DNA of 64,000 nt, from assembly GCF_018350175.1 (NCBI RefSeq), contig NC_058368.1, forward strand, positions 1,798,001 to 1,862,000, given 5' to 3'. The notes beneath the pieces were generated by a model, which saw only the letters and a program-made list of their open reading frames with translations, was not told the DNA's origin and did not search any database. Below, piece by piece: positions 1-11,944 of the stretch. Made by a program: the position numbers and the translations under genes. The first letter of the stretch is position 1. Every line of letters begins with the position of its first letter. Source of the stretch: Felis catus (lineage: Eukaryota).

Positions 1-218
1 CTCCTCATACCCTTCTAAAAAATAAAAATCTTCCTTTTAATCAATGTGTTGCATAAACATGGCTTTCAAAGTCAAATGCACTACTAGGCTTACAAAGAAA
101 AACAACAGTCCCTGCCCCACGTCTCCCCACCAGTGAGTTCCACTCCTCAGAAGCACCTTTCCAACTCTTCCTTTGATCATCTGTCTCCATATTTCCAAAT
201 ATTATGCTTTAAATGCTC

Positions 219-328
219 TTTTTAAAAGTTTATTTTTTGAGTGATCTCTACGCCCAATGTGGGGCATGAACTCACGACCCCAAGACTGAGAGTTGCACAC
301 TTTCCCAACTGAGCCAGCGAGGCACCCC
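219..328 (-). mobile_element. Short older CAN-SINE
   Basis: tRNA-like head GGGGTGCC..GGCTCAGTTGG and A-rich tail; flanking TAAATGCT repeats. Confidence 0.8.
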
Positions 329-559
329 TAAATGCTATCTCTTGATTTTTCCACTTTATACAATGTATTATATTATGACAGATGAGGATATTGCTCTGTC
401 ATGCACACACTTCTCTGTCCCTCATGCTCCCCATATGGTTGTAACCTGTTTCTGGTTAAAATCATTGCCAGTGTTCATTGTGGGGCCAAATGACACATTT
501 CCTTCTAGGATGGAACCTTTTATTCTTCCTAGACTTAATAAATGTATCATTTGCTTGTT

Positions 560-1105
560 TCTCTGAGCCAACCTCTAAATCTTCCAATATACTCTGGCAG
601 CTTCAGAGAAGCAGTGTCCCGGAGGCCAATACCATGAGATTTGCTGTATCTAAAATGTTTTTATTTTATCCTGCACATTTGAGTATGCTGAAACCTGGGC
701 TGAACAAAATTCTACTCCCAATACCGAAGACACTGCCCCACTTTTTTCTAGTTTCTAACAAAGCTACTGAGAAGTGTGGTGTGACTCATCCTGAGACTTT
801 GTAGGTGACCTGCTTTTCCTCTGGAAGGTTCTAAGACCTTGTCACCTGCATACAGAATTTTCAGAGTCCTGTAACCATGCATCTTCGTGAGAATCTTCAG
901 GTCTGGGAAATTTTCTAATGTTCCCCTTTGAAGATTTCCTCTCCCCTTTATTTTCTGTTCTAGTTTTCTAGAATTCCATCCATTAGTTAAATACTGAGCC
1001 TCCTGGATTCATCCTCTAGTTGTACAAAATGTTTTCTTTCCAGCACTTGCATCATTCTCTCTTTCTCTTTTTGCTTCCTAGGAGATTTCCTCAATTTTAT
1101 ACACA
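560..1105 (-). mobile_element. Degraded old L1 fragment
   Basis: T-rich sequence resembling an antisense L1M 5'/ORF1 region; by eye only. Confidence 0.4.
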
Positions 1106-2073
1106 AAACAAAACAAAAGAAAGTATCAAAATTATAAAAATACTTAATTCTAAGTAGTGGGATTAGGAATAACTTATTTTTGTGTTCATGTTTTTACATT
1201 TTTCTACAACAACCATGGATTACTTTTAGAATCAGAAAAAAAAAAGCACATAATATTTAAAACATTAAGCAGAGGGAGAGGGAGAAAGAATAATGCGGTC
1301 CTTCAGGTTTCTGATACTCACCACCTACAAAAGCATCCAGCTACAAGGCAAAAGCATGTAAAGAAGGGGAACTGTTAAAAAGAGGCTTTTGTGTAGGTGG
1401 AAAATTTAGTGTAAATGTAAAGAAACATTTTTATCGAGTCAGTTTCAAACAGATGGTAAATAGGAGAATTTAATACAACTTAAGAGATCCAAACTCGACA
1501 CAAAATGTAAAAGGATGTTGAAAAAAAAAAAAAAGAGTGTGAGAGATTCCTTCTAGGTGGGAAGTGATGGACAGAGACAAGCCCACTACCGAGGGGCAGG
1601 CACAGACAAAAAGCCCAAGCTTTGTGTATCTCCTTCAAACGGTCTCCTTCAAAAGCTTACACTTCTAGGTTCTAGCTTAGGTTAGTTTCCCTCCACTCAT
1701 TTAATTAATTCCCATTTTTAATTCCCATTTTTATTTATACCATAAAAATATAATTTAAATACATACTATGCACCAGAACCTATTAATATCTTTTTCAGAA
1801 CTCCCTTTCATCTTTTTTCATTGCACATTTAAATGAGTTTCATTGCACGTTTAAATTAGTTACCCCATTTACCGCAGTATTATATTTTACCCCCTCCACA
1901 AGGATAATGGGCACCAGAAAAACCAACCGCAAGTGTCTGTGCACAGAAGGAAGCACAAGTTTGTGTTGGTCACAAGTGACATGTTGTCCCCCTGTCTGAA
2001 AAGTCCCCTTGTCTGACCACCAACCAGCCTGACCGTCAGAACCAGGAAAATCCGCATTTAAACAGTCTTAAAT

Positions 2074-2283
2074 GGGGGCGCCTGGGTGGCTCAGTCGGTT
2101 GAGCATCCCACTTCGGCTCAGGTCATGATCTCACGGTCCGGGAGTTTGAGCCCCGCGTTGGGCTCTGTGCTGACAGCTCAGAGCCTGGAGCCTGCTTTGG
2201 AGTCTGTGTCTCCCTCTCTCTCTCTGCCCCTCCCCCGTTCATGCTCTGTCTCTCTGTCAAAAATAAACATTAAAAAAAAAAAA
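2074..2283 (+). mobile_element. CAN-SINE (SINEC_Fc type)
   Basis: GGGGCGCCTGGGTGGCTCAGTCGGTT head, (CT)n, AATAAA and poly(A); TSD TTAAACAGTCTT. Confidence 0.95.
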
Positions 2284-2472
2284 TTAAACAGTCTTCAATG
2301 TTTGGGGACTGCTTTCTGTCTTAGCAGCGCACACAGGACATCAGCTCCTGAGGGGCAGGTGAGGCAGACGTGGGTGTGAGGCGGGACACAGACAAACACC
2401 AGACCGGATGGACAGGTGCAGAATTGGCAAGCAGCTCACCCACATTTCCTGAGACATGTGGAATGCACTTAC

Positions 2473-2616
2473 CCAGTTCTCTTCTATTATTCCAATATTA
2501 TATTTATCATCCCCGCCTGGGTCGCTTTGTTGCTTCTGCTCAGAATAAAATTCCTGGAGGGCTGCTAAGGCGTGGGAAGACAGCTGGGGGACATCATCAT
2601 CCTCAGAGTCACTCAT
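2473..2616 (-). CDS. EEF1AKMT1: EEF1A lysine methyltransferase 1 (N6AMT2), first coding exon (exon 2 spans 2473-2635 including 19 nt of 5'UTR)
   Basis: Encodes MSDSEDDDVPQLSSHALAALQEFYSEQKQQSDPGGDDKYNIGIIEENW (48 codons), recognisable as the N6AMT2 N-terminus. Acceptor TTTGCAG| at 2636-2637, donor TGG|GTAAGT at 2471-2472. The gene is the known neighbour of XPO4. Downstream exons lie outside the window. Confidence 0.95.
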
Positions 2617-2703
2617 TTCACGAATCGTCTGTAACCTGCAAATAAATGAACAAAGATGTTGTGCGGGTATTTTTTTTCCCTTCTCATCAAATAGCGATTT
2701 AGA

Positions 2704-2929
2704 GGGACACCTGGGTGGTTCAGTCATTGAAGCCTCTGACTCTTGATTTTGGCTCAGGTCATGATCTTACGGTTTGTGGGCCCGGAGCCCTGCATCGTCA
2801 GGCTCTGTGAGCCTCTGTGAGCTGACAGTGCGGAGCTTGCTTGGGGTTCTCCGTCTCTCCCTCTGTCTGCCTCTCCCCCATTTGCACACGACATTCTCTC
2901 TCTCTCTCAAAATAAATAAACTTACAAAA
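2704..2929 (+). mobile_element. CAN-SINE
   Basis: Typical head/body/tail; TSD AAATAGC(G/A)ATTTAGA; ~70 nt upstream of the EEF1AKMT1 exon 2 acceptor. Confidence 0.92.
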
Positions 2930-3000
2930 ATAGCAATTTAGAAATTTTTTATCTCACAGCAAGGATCCAAACTGGAAGTGAGGTTTTTGTTTGTTTTTCA

Positions 3001-3209
3001 TTAATTAAAAAAAAATTTTTTTTTTTTTAATTTTAGAGAGAGAGCAGAGGAGGGCCAGAGAGAGACGGAGAGAGAAATCCCAAGCAGGCTCCCACATTCA
3101 GCATGGAGCCTGATGTGGGGCTCAGACCCACATCTAAGAACTGTGAGATCATGACCTGACCTGAAATCAAGACTCGGATGCCCAACCAACTGAGCCATCC
3201 AAGTGCCCC
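3001..3209 (-). mobile_element. CAN-SINE
   Basis: Reverse-complement head ending ..GTGCCCC; degenerate TSD GG(A/G)AGTG(A/G)GTTTT. Confidence 0.92.
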
Positions 3210-3644
3210 TGGGAGTGGGTTTTATAAGGGAAACTCATATTTTAAATTTCTGAGATCAAACATCCACAGAGGTCTCCTACTAAACCACAGCTTAACAAAT
3301 ACAGGCTTTTCCTTTACGTGTATCATTTTTACAAATGAGATTCTCCCATTTTTAAGACTCCTTGCAGAATGAATTTTTTTACCATAAATATCTAAAGACA
3401 TATTTGGTTTTTTTCAGGCACTGCAATGGCCATGTGCAGACATTCACTGTGGACTCTCTGAATCAGAGATCTTTCCACCCACGAGTGTCACTGTTCAGGT
3501 GATCTAAGGCTCAGGGGTGTCATTGACAGGGTAACTGAAATTAGTATGGAAAGAAGTATGGAAATTTAAAGGAATGACAGAGAAAGGGAAGAAGTAAAAC
3601 ACAAGGAGGGAGAAAAGGAAGATGTCTTGCAGGAACGGATGGCC

Positions 3645-4257
3645 AGGCCAGTCACTTCTTGTGGTACCACTGGAGTTAGCCAGACTGCTAGGTTAAGCCA
3701 CAAGCTTGGTCTGGACAGCAAATTCTGCCCCAGGACTCCTGACCTCTCCAAGTTCAGGGGGTTCCCCAAACCACCCTCACATCCACTAATTTGCAAAAAA
3801 GACTCAGCACTCACTGAAAGCAATTATACTCACAGTTGCATTTATTACAGGGAAGGATACAAATTAGAGCCAGCCAAAGGAAGAGGTGCGTAGGGCAGGG
3901 TCCAGGAGAGTTCCAAACAGGAAGCTCCCGTGGCCCTCAGGAAGCATCACCCTCCCAGCAGGGATGTGGGCCAATACGCAGAGTCCTGCCAGCCAAGGAA
4001 GCTCTGCAGGCTTTGATTAAGGCTTTGTCATGCTGGCCTGAGTGACCGAACTATTGCCCACCTGAACTATTGCCCACCCGGCTGAAGTCAGCCTCCAGCC
4101 CCCCAACCAGGATGGCTGGATGTGACCTGAGGGACCTCCATGAATAACAAAGACCTTCCTATCACTTGGGAAAGTTTAAGTGTTTAAAGGTTACATCCCA
4201 AGAGCCATGACAAAGGCCAAACTTCCCTTTGACTGAGGTCATATTGCTTACTACACA
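3645..4257 (-). mobile_element. MER21-like ERVL solo LTR
   Basis: Contains ACCACCCTCA...TTTATTACAGGGAAGGATACAAATTAGAGCCAGCCAAAGGAAGAG, as I recall from MER21-family consensus. Confidence 0.65.
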
Positions 4258-4267
4258 GGTCAATACA

Positions 4268-4287
4268 TTTTTTTTAGTTTATTTATT

Positions 4288-4319
<32 letters not shown>

Positions 4320-4475
4320 AGGGGAAAGGCAGAAAGAGAGGGAGACACAGAGAATGCCAAGCAGGCTCTGTGCTGTTAGCACAGAACCCAACGTGGGGCT
4401 CAAACTCATTAACTGTGAGATCATGACCTGCGATCAAGAGTCTGATGCTTAACTGACGGAGCCACCCAGGGGCCC
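4268..4475 (-). mobile_element. CAN-SINE
   Basis: (AG)n and reverse head; TSD-like A(T/C)ACATTTTT. Confidence 0.92.
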
Positions 4476-4508
4476 CTGCCAAACACATTTTTAAGTCAAA
4501 AGTTATCT

Positions 4509-4721
4509 GGGGCGCCTGGGTGGCGCAGTCGGTTAAGCATCCGACTTCACCCAGGTCACGATCTCGCGGTCCATGAGTTTGAGCCCCGCGTCAGGCTCCG
4601 GGCTGATGGCTCGGAGCCTGGAGCCTGTTTCTGATTCTGTGTCTCCCTCTCTCTCTGCCCCTCCCCCGTTCATGCTCTGTCTCTCTCTCTCCCAAAAATA
4701 AATTAAAAAAAAAAAAAAAAA
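4509..4721 (+). mobile_element. Young CAN-SINE (SINEC_Fc)
   Basis: CpG-rich, long pure poly(A); perfect TSD AAAAGTTATCT. Confidence 0.96.
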
Positions 4722-5759
4722 GTTATCTAAGAGCGTAACAACAACACTCCATTTGCTTTGTGTCACATTTTACATCAAAGTCTACACTTTTCAGCAGAGA
4801 CTGCTCAAGAAAATTCGTCACGTTGCTCCCTTCCTCCTCCAAGACCTCTGGGGGTGTAGCTGATGGACAGTCTTGGCCTTCCGCCTGCGCCACCTACCGA
4901 GGGCAGCTGGTAAAACACCATTTGAACCTGGCGAATCCCGATGCTTAGGAAGAGAGTTTAAAAGATGCTGAGCAGCCATTTCAAATGAGAAATAACTGCT
5001 TGATGCTTTTTTTCTCCTTTTCAAAATCAAAGAGCCAGCCATTCCTAAAAACAACCAAAAAACCAAAACCAAGACCAAAAAAACCCTGTATATACCAACT
5101 ACTGACAGTGTATTTTCATGTGCTAATAGTCTGTTGATTCCCTTTCCTTTCTTCATCAAAGACTTACCTGTAAAAGTTAACTGATAAAATATCTGGTCAC
5201 ACAAATTAAGCTAGAAATATAAATAAGCGTTCTATGAACAAGCAGTTTCCCCTCTAGGAAGAGAAGGAGCAAAACACAAGGTATATACACTATGATAGAT
5301 TTATAAAGTTCAAAAACAAGTAAAATTAAACTATTCGTTTAAGGAACATATAGGCTTACATTCAAAGATAGGCTAATTTTGTTACTAAAACCTTCCTACG
5401 TAGAAGGCTCCAGGCTGAGAAGAGTCACTGATGAGTTCTATCAAACATATAAAGAAATGTTGATAATTTTATCACCCAGAAGACAGAGGAGAAAGGGATC
5501 CTTCCCAACTTGTTTAACGAAGCCAAATTAAATCTAACATGAACACGTGTCAGTATATAACTGGGCTCAACTCCCCATCAGATTTTGAGTGTGATCAGAT
5601 ATCAAAGGGGGTTGGGGGCATTGGTGGTAAGTGGTGGTGGTGGGTTTCTGGGTAAACTGATTTAGCAAGGTTCTTGCTAAAACTAGATTTTACAAAGTAC
5701 ACAGATGGGCCTAGAAGGTTCAGAAGCCTGACTCAAGGTTGGTCAAACAATCTTAGCTA

Positions 5760-6031
5760 CAGGAAACTATGGCCTGCAGGCCAAATCAAGCCTGTGCCTT
5801 GTTTTTGCCAACAAATGTATTGGAAAACAGCCACACCCTTCTGTTTACATATTGCTTACAGTTGTTGTCCTTTTAAAGTTTGAACTCACAAACCACGAGA
5901 TCACAACCAGAGCCGAAGTCAGATGCTTAACCTACTGAGCCACCCAGGTGCCCCTTGCCTACAGTTGTTTTTAATGATAAGCCTAAAATATTTATTATCT
6001 GGTCCTTTACAGAAAGTTTGCTGACTCCTGG
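5760..6031 (+). mobile_element. MER58-like hAT-Charlie element interrupted by a deleted SINE (5870-5954, minus)
   Basis: AAACTATGGCCTGCAGGCCAAATC...TGGTCCTTTACAGAAAGTTTGCTGACTCCTG; insert flanked by TGC(T/C)TACAGTTGTT. Confidence 0.75.
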
Positions 6032-6957
6032 TTTAACAGTATAAAAGAGAAAAGCCACATGATCATTTGCATGGATACTACAAAAGAATCTGACAAAATT
6101 CAACATCCATTCATGTTAAAAACTCTGAGCAAACTAGCTATAATAGGGAACCTCAATCTGAAAATGGGCACTGAAAAAAAACATACGCCTCATACTTTCT
6201 TAGTGGTGAAACACTGAATGCTTTCTACGCTCAGGAACAAGGGAAGGATGTTCACTGTCACCACATGCATTTAACATTATCCTGGCCTTTCCAGTTAATG
6301 CAAGAAGGCAAAAACAAACAAACAAAAAACAAAACAAACAGAAAGACCAAAAAAAAGCAAGCATAAAGACTGCAAAGGAAGAAATGTCCATATTTGGAGA
6401 TATGATTATTCACAGAGAAAATCTTAAGGAAATAATGGTCTCATCCATGTGACCAGGTCAACATCAGTGGGGATAATTCATGTCAATGGCATGTACCCTT
6501 GATATGTAGTGATGAAAACAGCGCTTCATTTCCATGGTCTTCCCCTCAAAAAACATAATCCCAGTGTAAGCATGACCAAAACTCAGACACAACCACAATT
6601 AAGAGACATTCTACAAAATATCTGACCAGTATTTGCCAAAACTGTTCGGTCATCAAAAACAAGACGAAAATGAGAAACTGTCACTGCTAAGAGGAGCCTA
6701 AGGAAATACGATGACTATCGGTAAGACAGTATGAGGTCCTAGAACAGAAAAGGAGTATTGCATAAAAACCAAGGACATCTGAACAAAGTATGGACTTTGG
6801 TTAACAATAGTGTAGCAATATTGTTCGTTAATTGTGACTAATGTACCATACTAACAGAAGATGTTAATAGGGGAAACGGAGTATAGGTATATAGGAACAA
6901 CACTCTATCTTCATAATTTTTCTGTGAATCTAAAACTATTCTAAAATAAAGTTTATT

Positions 6958-7160
6958 AAAAAAATTTGTTTTAATGTTTATTTTTAAGAGAGAGAGGGGG
7001 GTTGGGAGGGGTAGAGAGAGAGAGGGAGAAGGAGACACAGAATCCAAAGCAGGCTCCAGGCTCTGAGCTGTCAGTCAGCACAGGGCTTGAACTCATGAAC
7101 CATGAGATCATGACCTGAGCCAAAGTCAGACACTTAACCAACTGAGCCACCCAGGAGCCT
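6958..7160 (-). mobile_element. CAN-SINE
   Basis: Reverse head and purine-rich body; TSD TAAAGTTTATT. Confidence 0.92.
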
Positions 7161-7389
7161 CTGTAAAGTTTATTTTTAGAAAATTTTAAGGAAGCATAAC
7201 CAACTTCACCAACAAAAACTACTAGAATGAGTTTATTGAAGTTTCAGAGTACAAGGTCAATACAGAAAAATAAATTACATTTTTGTATTCTAGCAGCAAA
7301 TAAATAGAAATTAAACTTAAAAGCAATTTTCCATTAAATAGCATAAAAATGCTTTGAATATATTTAACATAAAGGCTGTAAGATCTTGA

Positions 7390-7714
7390 AGCACCTGGGT
7401 GGCTCGGTTGGTTATGTGTCTGCCTCTTAATTTCGCTCCCTCTCTCTTGCAAAAATGAACATTAAAAAAAGGGGTGGGGGTAGGGGCACCTGGGTGGCTC
7501 AGTCGGTTAAGTGCAGGACTTTGACTCAGATCATGATCTTGAAGTTCAGAGTTCGAGCCCCGCATAGGTCTCTGTGCTGACAGCTTGGAGCCTGGAGCCT
7601 GCTTCAGATTCTGTGTCCTCGGATTCTGTGTCCTCCTCTCTCTCTCTCTGCCCCTCCCCCACTCGCTCTATCTCTCTCTCTCTCTCAAAAATAAGTAAAC
7701 ATTATAAAAAAAAA
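7390..7714 (+). mobile_element. Tandem CAN-SINEs: internally deleted copy (7390-7470) plus full copy (7483-7714)
   Basis: Two GCACCTGGGTGGCTC heads, two A-tails; outer repeats AAG..CT.TAAGATCT. Confidence 0.88.
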
Positions 7715-7939
7715 AGACTTTAAGATCTCAATACTGAAAATTCCAAAGCATTGCTGAAAGAAATTAGAAAAGACCTAAATAAAAGGAAAGGTATACCATG
7801 CTCATGAACTAGATGAACCAGTATTATTAAGGTATCAATTGTTCCCAAATTGATCAACAGATTCAATATATCCTAAATAGAGTGTGTGTATGTGTGTGTT
7901 TACTTAAAATAGAAACTGATGTGCTGCTTCTAAAATTTA

Positions 7940-8167
7940 TTTATTTAAAAAACATTTTTTTATGTTTTTATTTTGAGAGAGGCAGACAGACAGAGCATGA
8001 GCTGGGGGAGGGGCAGAGAGAGAGAGAGGGAGACACAGAATCTGAAGCAGGCTCCAGGCTCTGAGCTGTTGGCACAGAGCCTGACACGGGGCTCAAACTC
8101 ACGCATGGTGAGATTGTGACCTGAGCTGAAGTGGGACACTTAACTGACCGTGCCACCCAGGCGCCCC
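7940..8167 (-). mobile_element. CAN-SINE
   Basis: TSD TCTAAAATTTATTTA. Confidence 0.93.
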
Positions 8168-8547
8168 TCTAAAATTTATTTAAACATTCATTCATTAAAG
8201 GATATTAAGATTGCTTCCACTTTTTGGTTACTATAAATAAGGTAGTATGAACATCTATGTACAGTTTTACCTTTGTTTTCTGACTAAAGCTTTGTTTATA
8301 TATACATCAAACAAATCATAGCACTAAACCACTTATCAATATTTTGATTAGCTTCTATATCTCCAGTGTGAGAAACAAATGGCCAAAATCAGAGTAGACC
8401 GATAAAACAAGTAAAAAAGAATGGCAATGCTGAGGAGAATGTAAGGATATTGGTACTCTAATTCAGGTAATAATTTAAATTGGTATAATCTCCTTTTGAA
8501 AAGAATCAGATAGTCTGGATATAAGAATATTCCTACTTGGCGGGGAG

Positions 8548-8775
8548 GGGCACCTGGTGGCTCAGTCGGTTAAGCCTCTGACTTTGGCTCAGGTCATGAT
8601 CTCACCATTCGTGAGTTCGAGCCCCGTGTCGGGCTCTGTGCTGGCAGCTCAGAGCCTGGGGCCTGCTTCGGATTCTGTGTCTCCCTTTCTCTCTCTGACC
8701 CTCCCCCACTAGTGCATGCACGCATGTGCTTTTGCTCAAAAGTAAATAAACGTTAAAAAAAATTAATTGAAAAAA
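8548..8775 (+). mobile_element. CAN-SINE
   Basis: TSD AAGA(A/C)TATTCCTACTT. Confidence 0.93.
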
Positions 8776-8884
8776 GACTATTCCTACTTTCCGACCCAAT
8801 TCTAATTTCTAAACTTTATATTTTGAAATATTTATAGATTCACAGGAAGTTATAAAACTAACAGAGGTCCAAGTATCCTTGACC

Positions 8885-9022
8885 TATTTTTTTTTTCTCA
8901 TTCTAACAACTCTAAAAGCAGGACGTAACTTTAAAATAACGGTGTAGAAGTTTATTGTGGGCACGTTTTCTTAAAGTGGTGGTATTCTTATAGTCCACGG
9001 CATCTCGGACTCGATGAAATGG
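8885..9022. mobile_element. MER104-like TcMar MITE remnant
   Basis: End CATCTCGGACTCGATGAAAT resembles the TIR of this family as recalled; degraded. Confidence 0.4.
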
Positions 9023-9269
9023 GATCACTGTACCAACCGCAGGCGGCAATGCAGTGAGCCATCCGTGCAGCACTTCCATCATTTCACAGCCTCAGAATAA
9101 AGTCACAAAGAGGTGAGGCTGTTCTGGGGGTTGGCACTGTCTGAGTGGTATCCGCGGGGAGGAATGGTGAAGAAGAGCGTGCTACTAGGGGATTCTGGGG
9201 GACTGTCTCCACACCTAGACAACTGTACTGGCCCAATCTGTCTGATGTGTTTCAATGTTTGAAAGAATA

Positions 9270-9328
9270 TTTTTTAAATGTTCATTTATTTTGACACACA
9301 GAGAAAGCGTGAGCAGGAAGGGGCAGGC

Positions 9329-9395
<67 letters not shown>

Positions 9396-9517
9396 CCCAA
9401 GCAGGCTCCAAGCTCAGTGCAGAGCCTGACATGGTGCTCAATCTCATGACTGTGAGATCATGACCCAAGCTGAAATGAAGAGTTGGATACTCAGCTTACT
9501 GAGACACCCAGGTGCCC
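9270..9517 (-). mobile_element. CAN-SINE with expanded (AG)n microsatellite (~9337-9392)
   Basis: Reverse head ..GGTGCCC; long pure AG run. Confidence 0.93.
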
Positions 9518-11058
9518 TGATGTAGCTATTTTAGAACTCTAAAATCTCTTCAAAGGCTTGCAGTTTCGTCCAAAAGACACAACTTCCAGTTAATTTGAGT
9601 TAATCTTGGCACATAGCTCAGCAGTGGCTACCCATCCCCCACTGCTTATTCCTGTGTCAGGTAGCTATGCACATGATTCTACTTTGTGTTCAGTCTTAAT
9701 ATACAGAGCTGAGAGAGGATATGCTATCAAGCGTTTAATATTATTCACAGTTCCCCTAGAAATGAGAGGCACAGTGCCCCATGAAGGGCCACACGAAACC
9801 TGTCATATGTGGGGAGAAGGAAGCAGACAGAGACCTGGAACTCTGTCTTTACTGCTAAGATGACTGGGAAGGAACTGGGTGGGGATGTCCCCTATTGGGC
9901 GCAAAGTAAAAACACACATTCTACAGTTTGCGGTTGGGAGCTTCGTGATATGACTTTGATGTGCCCATGAGAGCTGGTTTGCAGCAAAGGGGTAAGCAAC
10001 TTTGGCCACTAGTTTGGCCCTGTAATTAACTGACACCAAATAAACAAATACAAAACCGAAGAACACACAATTTCAAAAGTTCCCGGAGCAGTTGGTACGC
10101 AACTTGTGGGAGCCAAGGTATGCAGTAAGGGCTCTGTCCTGCAAATACTGGGGATCTGTGTTCTGATCACTAACTGCTGCTTCTGATCGTGGAGGCGGGG
10201 ACACAGAGTCAGGCAGCCATTACCACAACGCTCCCACTGTTGTCATTACTTCCACCTCCAGCTGAAGCAACTTTCAGGGGATTTAAAGGGCCAACACTTC
10301 TTTCCTTGCTTTATTTTTCTCTTTTTCTCCTTTTGGGAGCCAGACATTTAAGGACTAGATCATTACACAAAGCAACTGCATATACAGGGGAATTTAGGTC
10401 ACTGTACATGCCCAGGAAGAGGTGGAGGCTCAGAAAAGAACTGAGATAAGTTTACACCTCAGGCTGACACTCAGCACAGACAGCCCTACAACAATCAAAA
10501 AACAAAAATAATAAACAAAACAACAAAAACAGCAAATCCTTGGGAAGGGGGAGAATCTGATTTCCAGAGTTCCCACATTATTAGATTCAAATATCCAGTT
10601 TTCAACCAAAAAATTACAAGGCATACAAAGAAAATGGAAAATGTGGCCCATTCACAGGAAAACAACAGAAATCACCCCTGAGAAAGATCAGATGGTAGAC
10701 TTACTGTCTGAAAGATGCTGAAAGAATTAAATGAAGATATGGGAAAAACTAAGAAAATGATGTATGAACAAAATGGAAATATCAACGGAGATAGAAAACA
10801 TAAAAAGGTATCAAAAGGGAATTCCAGAGCTGGGAATTACAATTACTGAAATGAAAAATTCACTAGAGGAATTCAAAAGCAGATTACAGTGGGCAGAAAA
10901 TCAGCAAACTTGAAGATAATTGGAATTACTGAGTTTGCTGAAAAGACAGAATGAACAGAACCTAAGGCCATTGTATCAAGTGGACCAAAATACACATTGT
11001 GGGAGTCTCAGAAAGAGAAGAGAAAGGGACAGAGCAATTCTTTAAAGAAAGAATGGCT

Positions 11059-11279
11059 GGGGCGCCTGGGTGGCGCAGTCGGTTAAGCGTCCGACTTCAG
11101 CCAGGTCACGATCTCGCGGTCCGTGAGTTCGAGCCCCGCGTCGGGCTCTGGGCTGATGGCTCGGAGCCTGGAGCCTGTTTCTGATTCTGTGTCTCCCTCT
11201 CTCTCTGCCCCTCCCCCGTTCATGCTCTGTCTCTCTCTGTCCCAAAAATAAATAAAAAAACGTTGAAAAAAAAAATAAA
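11059..11279 (+). mobile_element. Young CAN-SINE (SINEC_Fc) inserted in L1
   Basis: CpGs intact; perfect TSD AAAGAATGGCTG. Confidence 0.96.
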
Positions 11280-11724
11280 GAATGGCTGAAAACTTCCCAA
11301 ATTAGGTGAAAGATAGAACTATAAACACGTAAGAAGTATAATGAACTTTAGTATGATAAACTGAAAACACCCACACCAACACACATTATAATCACTATTA
11401 AAACCAAAGACAGAACCTTGAAAGCACCAAGAGAGGTGACTTGTCACATATTGTCGCATAAAAGGGCTCACCAATAAGATCATCAGTAGATTTTTCATCA
11501 AATTTTGGAGGCTAGATAGCAGTAGACTGATACACTCAAAATGCTGAACAGAAAAAAAAAAAAAAAATCAACCAGCAACCCTATATCTGATGAAAATGTC
11601 CTTCAAACGTGAGGAAGAAATTAAGACATTCACAGATAAAGAAAAGCTGGAAGTTTGTTACCACTAGACCTGCTTTGCAAAAATTGGTAAAGTGAGTCCG
11701 GCAGGTCAGAATAAAAGCACACTA

Positions 11725-11944
11725 GGCATGCCTGGGTGATTCAGTCACTTAAGCATCTGACCCTTGATTTTGGCTCAGGTCATGATCTCACAGTTCATAA
11801 GTTTGAGCCAAGTACTAGGCTCTGCACTGTCAGTGTGGAGCCTGTTTGGGATTCTCTCTCTCTCCCTCCCTCTCTGCCTCTCCCCCACTTGCACTCTTCC
11901 TTTCTCAAAATAATAGACTTAAAAAAAAAAAAAAGAAAGAAATG
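11725..11944 (+). mobile_element. CAN-SINE
   Basis: Degenerate head; TSD-like GAAT.AAAG.ACACTAG. Confidence 0.9.

Larger units (their letters stand above)
6040..7935 (+). mobile_element. Old L1 ORF2 (RT region) fragments with a nested L1 3'-end piece (~6430-6960) and SINEs
   Basis: CACATGATCATT...GACAAAATTCAACATCCATTCATG...CAGGAACAAGGGAAGGATG are typical L1 ORF2 motifs; frame is disrupted. Confidence 0.8.

Noticed and set aside
2074..2150. tRNA-like A/B boxes as tRNA genes
   Set aside because: They are tRNA-derived SINE heads followed by (CT)n, poly(A) and TSDs.
2341..2727. 128-aa ORF as a complete gene or N-terminal extension
   Set aside because: Only 2473-2616 is coding. The upstream part crosses an acceptor into a SINE and the downstream part crosses a GTAAGT donor.
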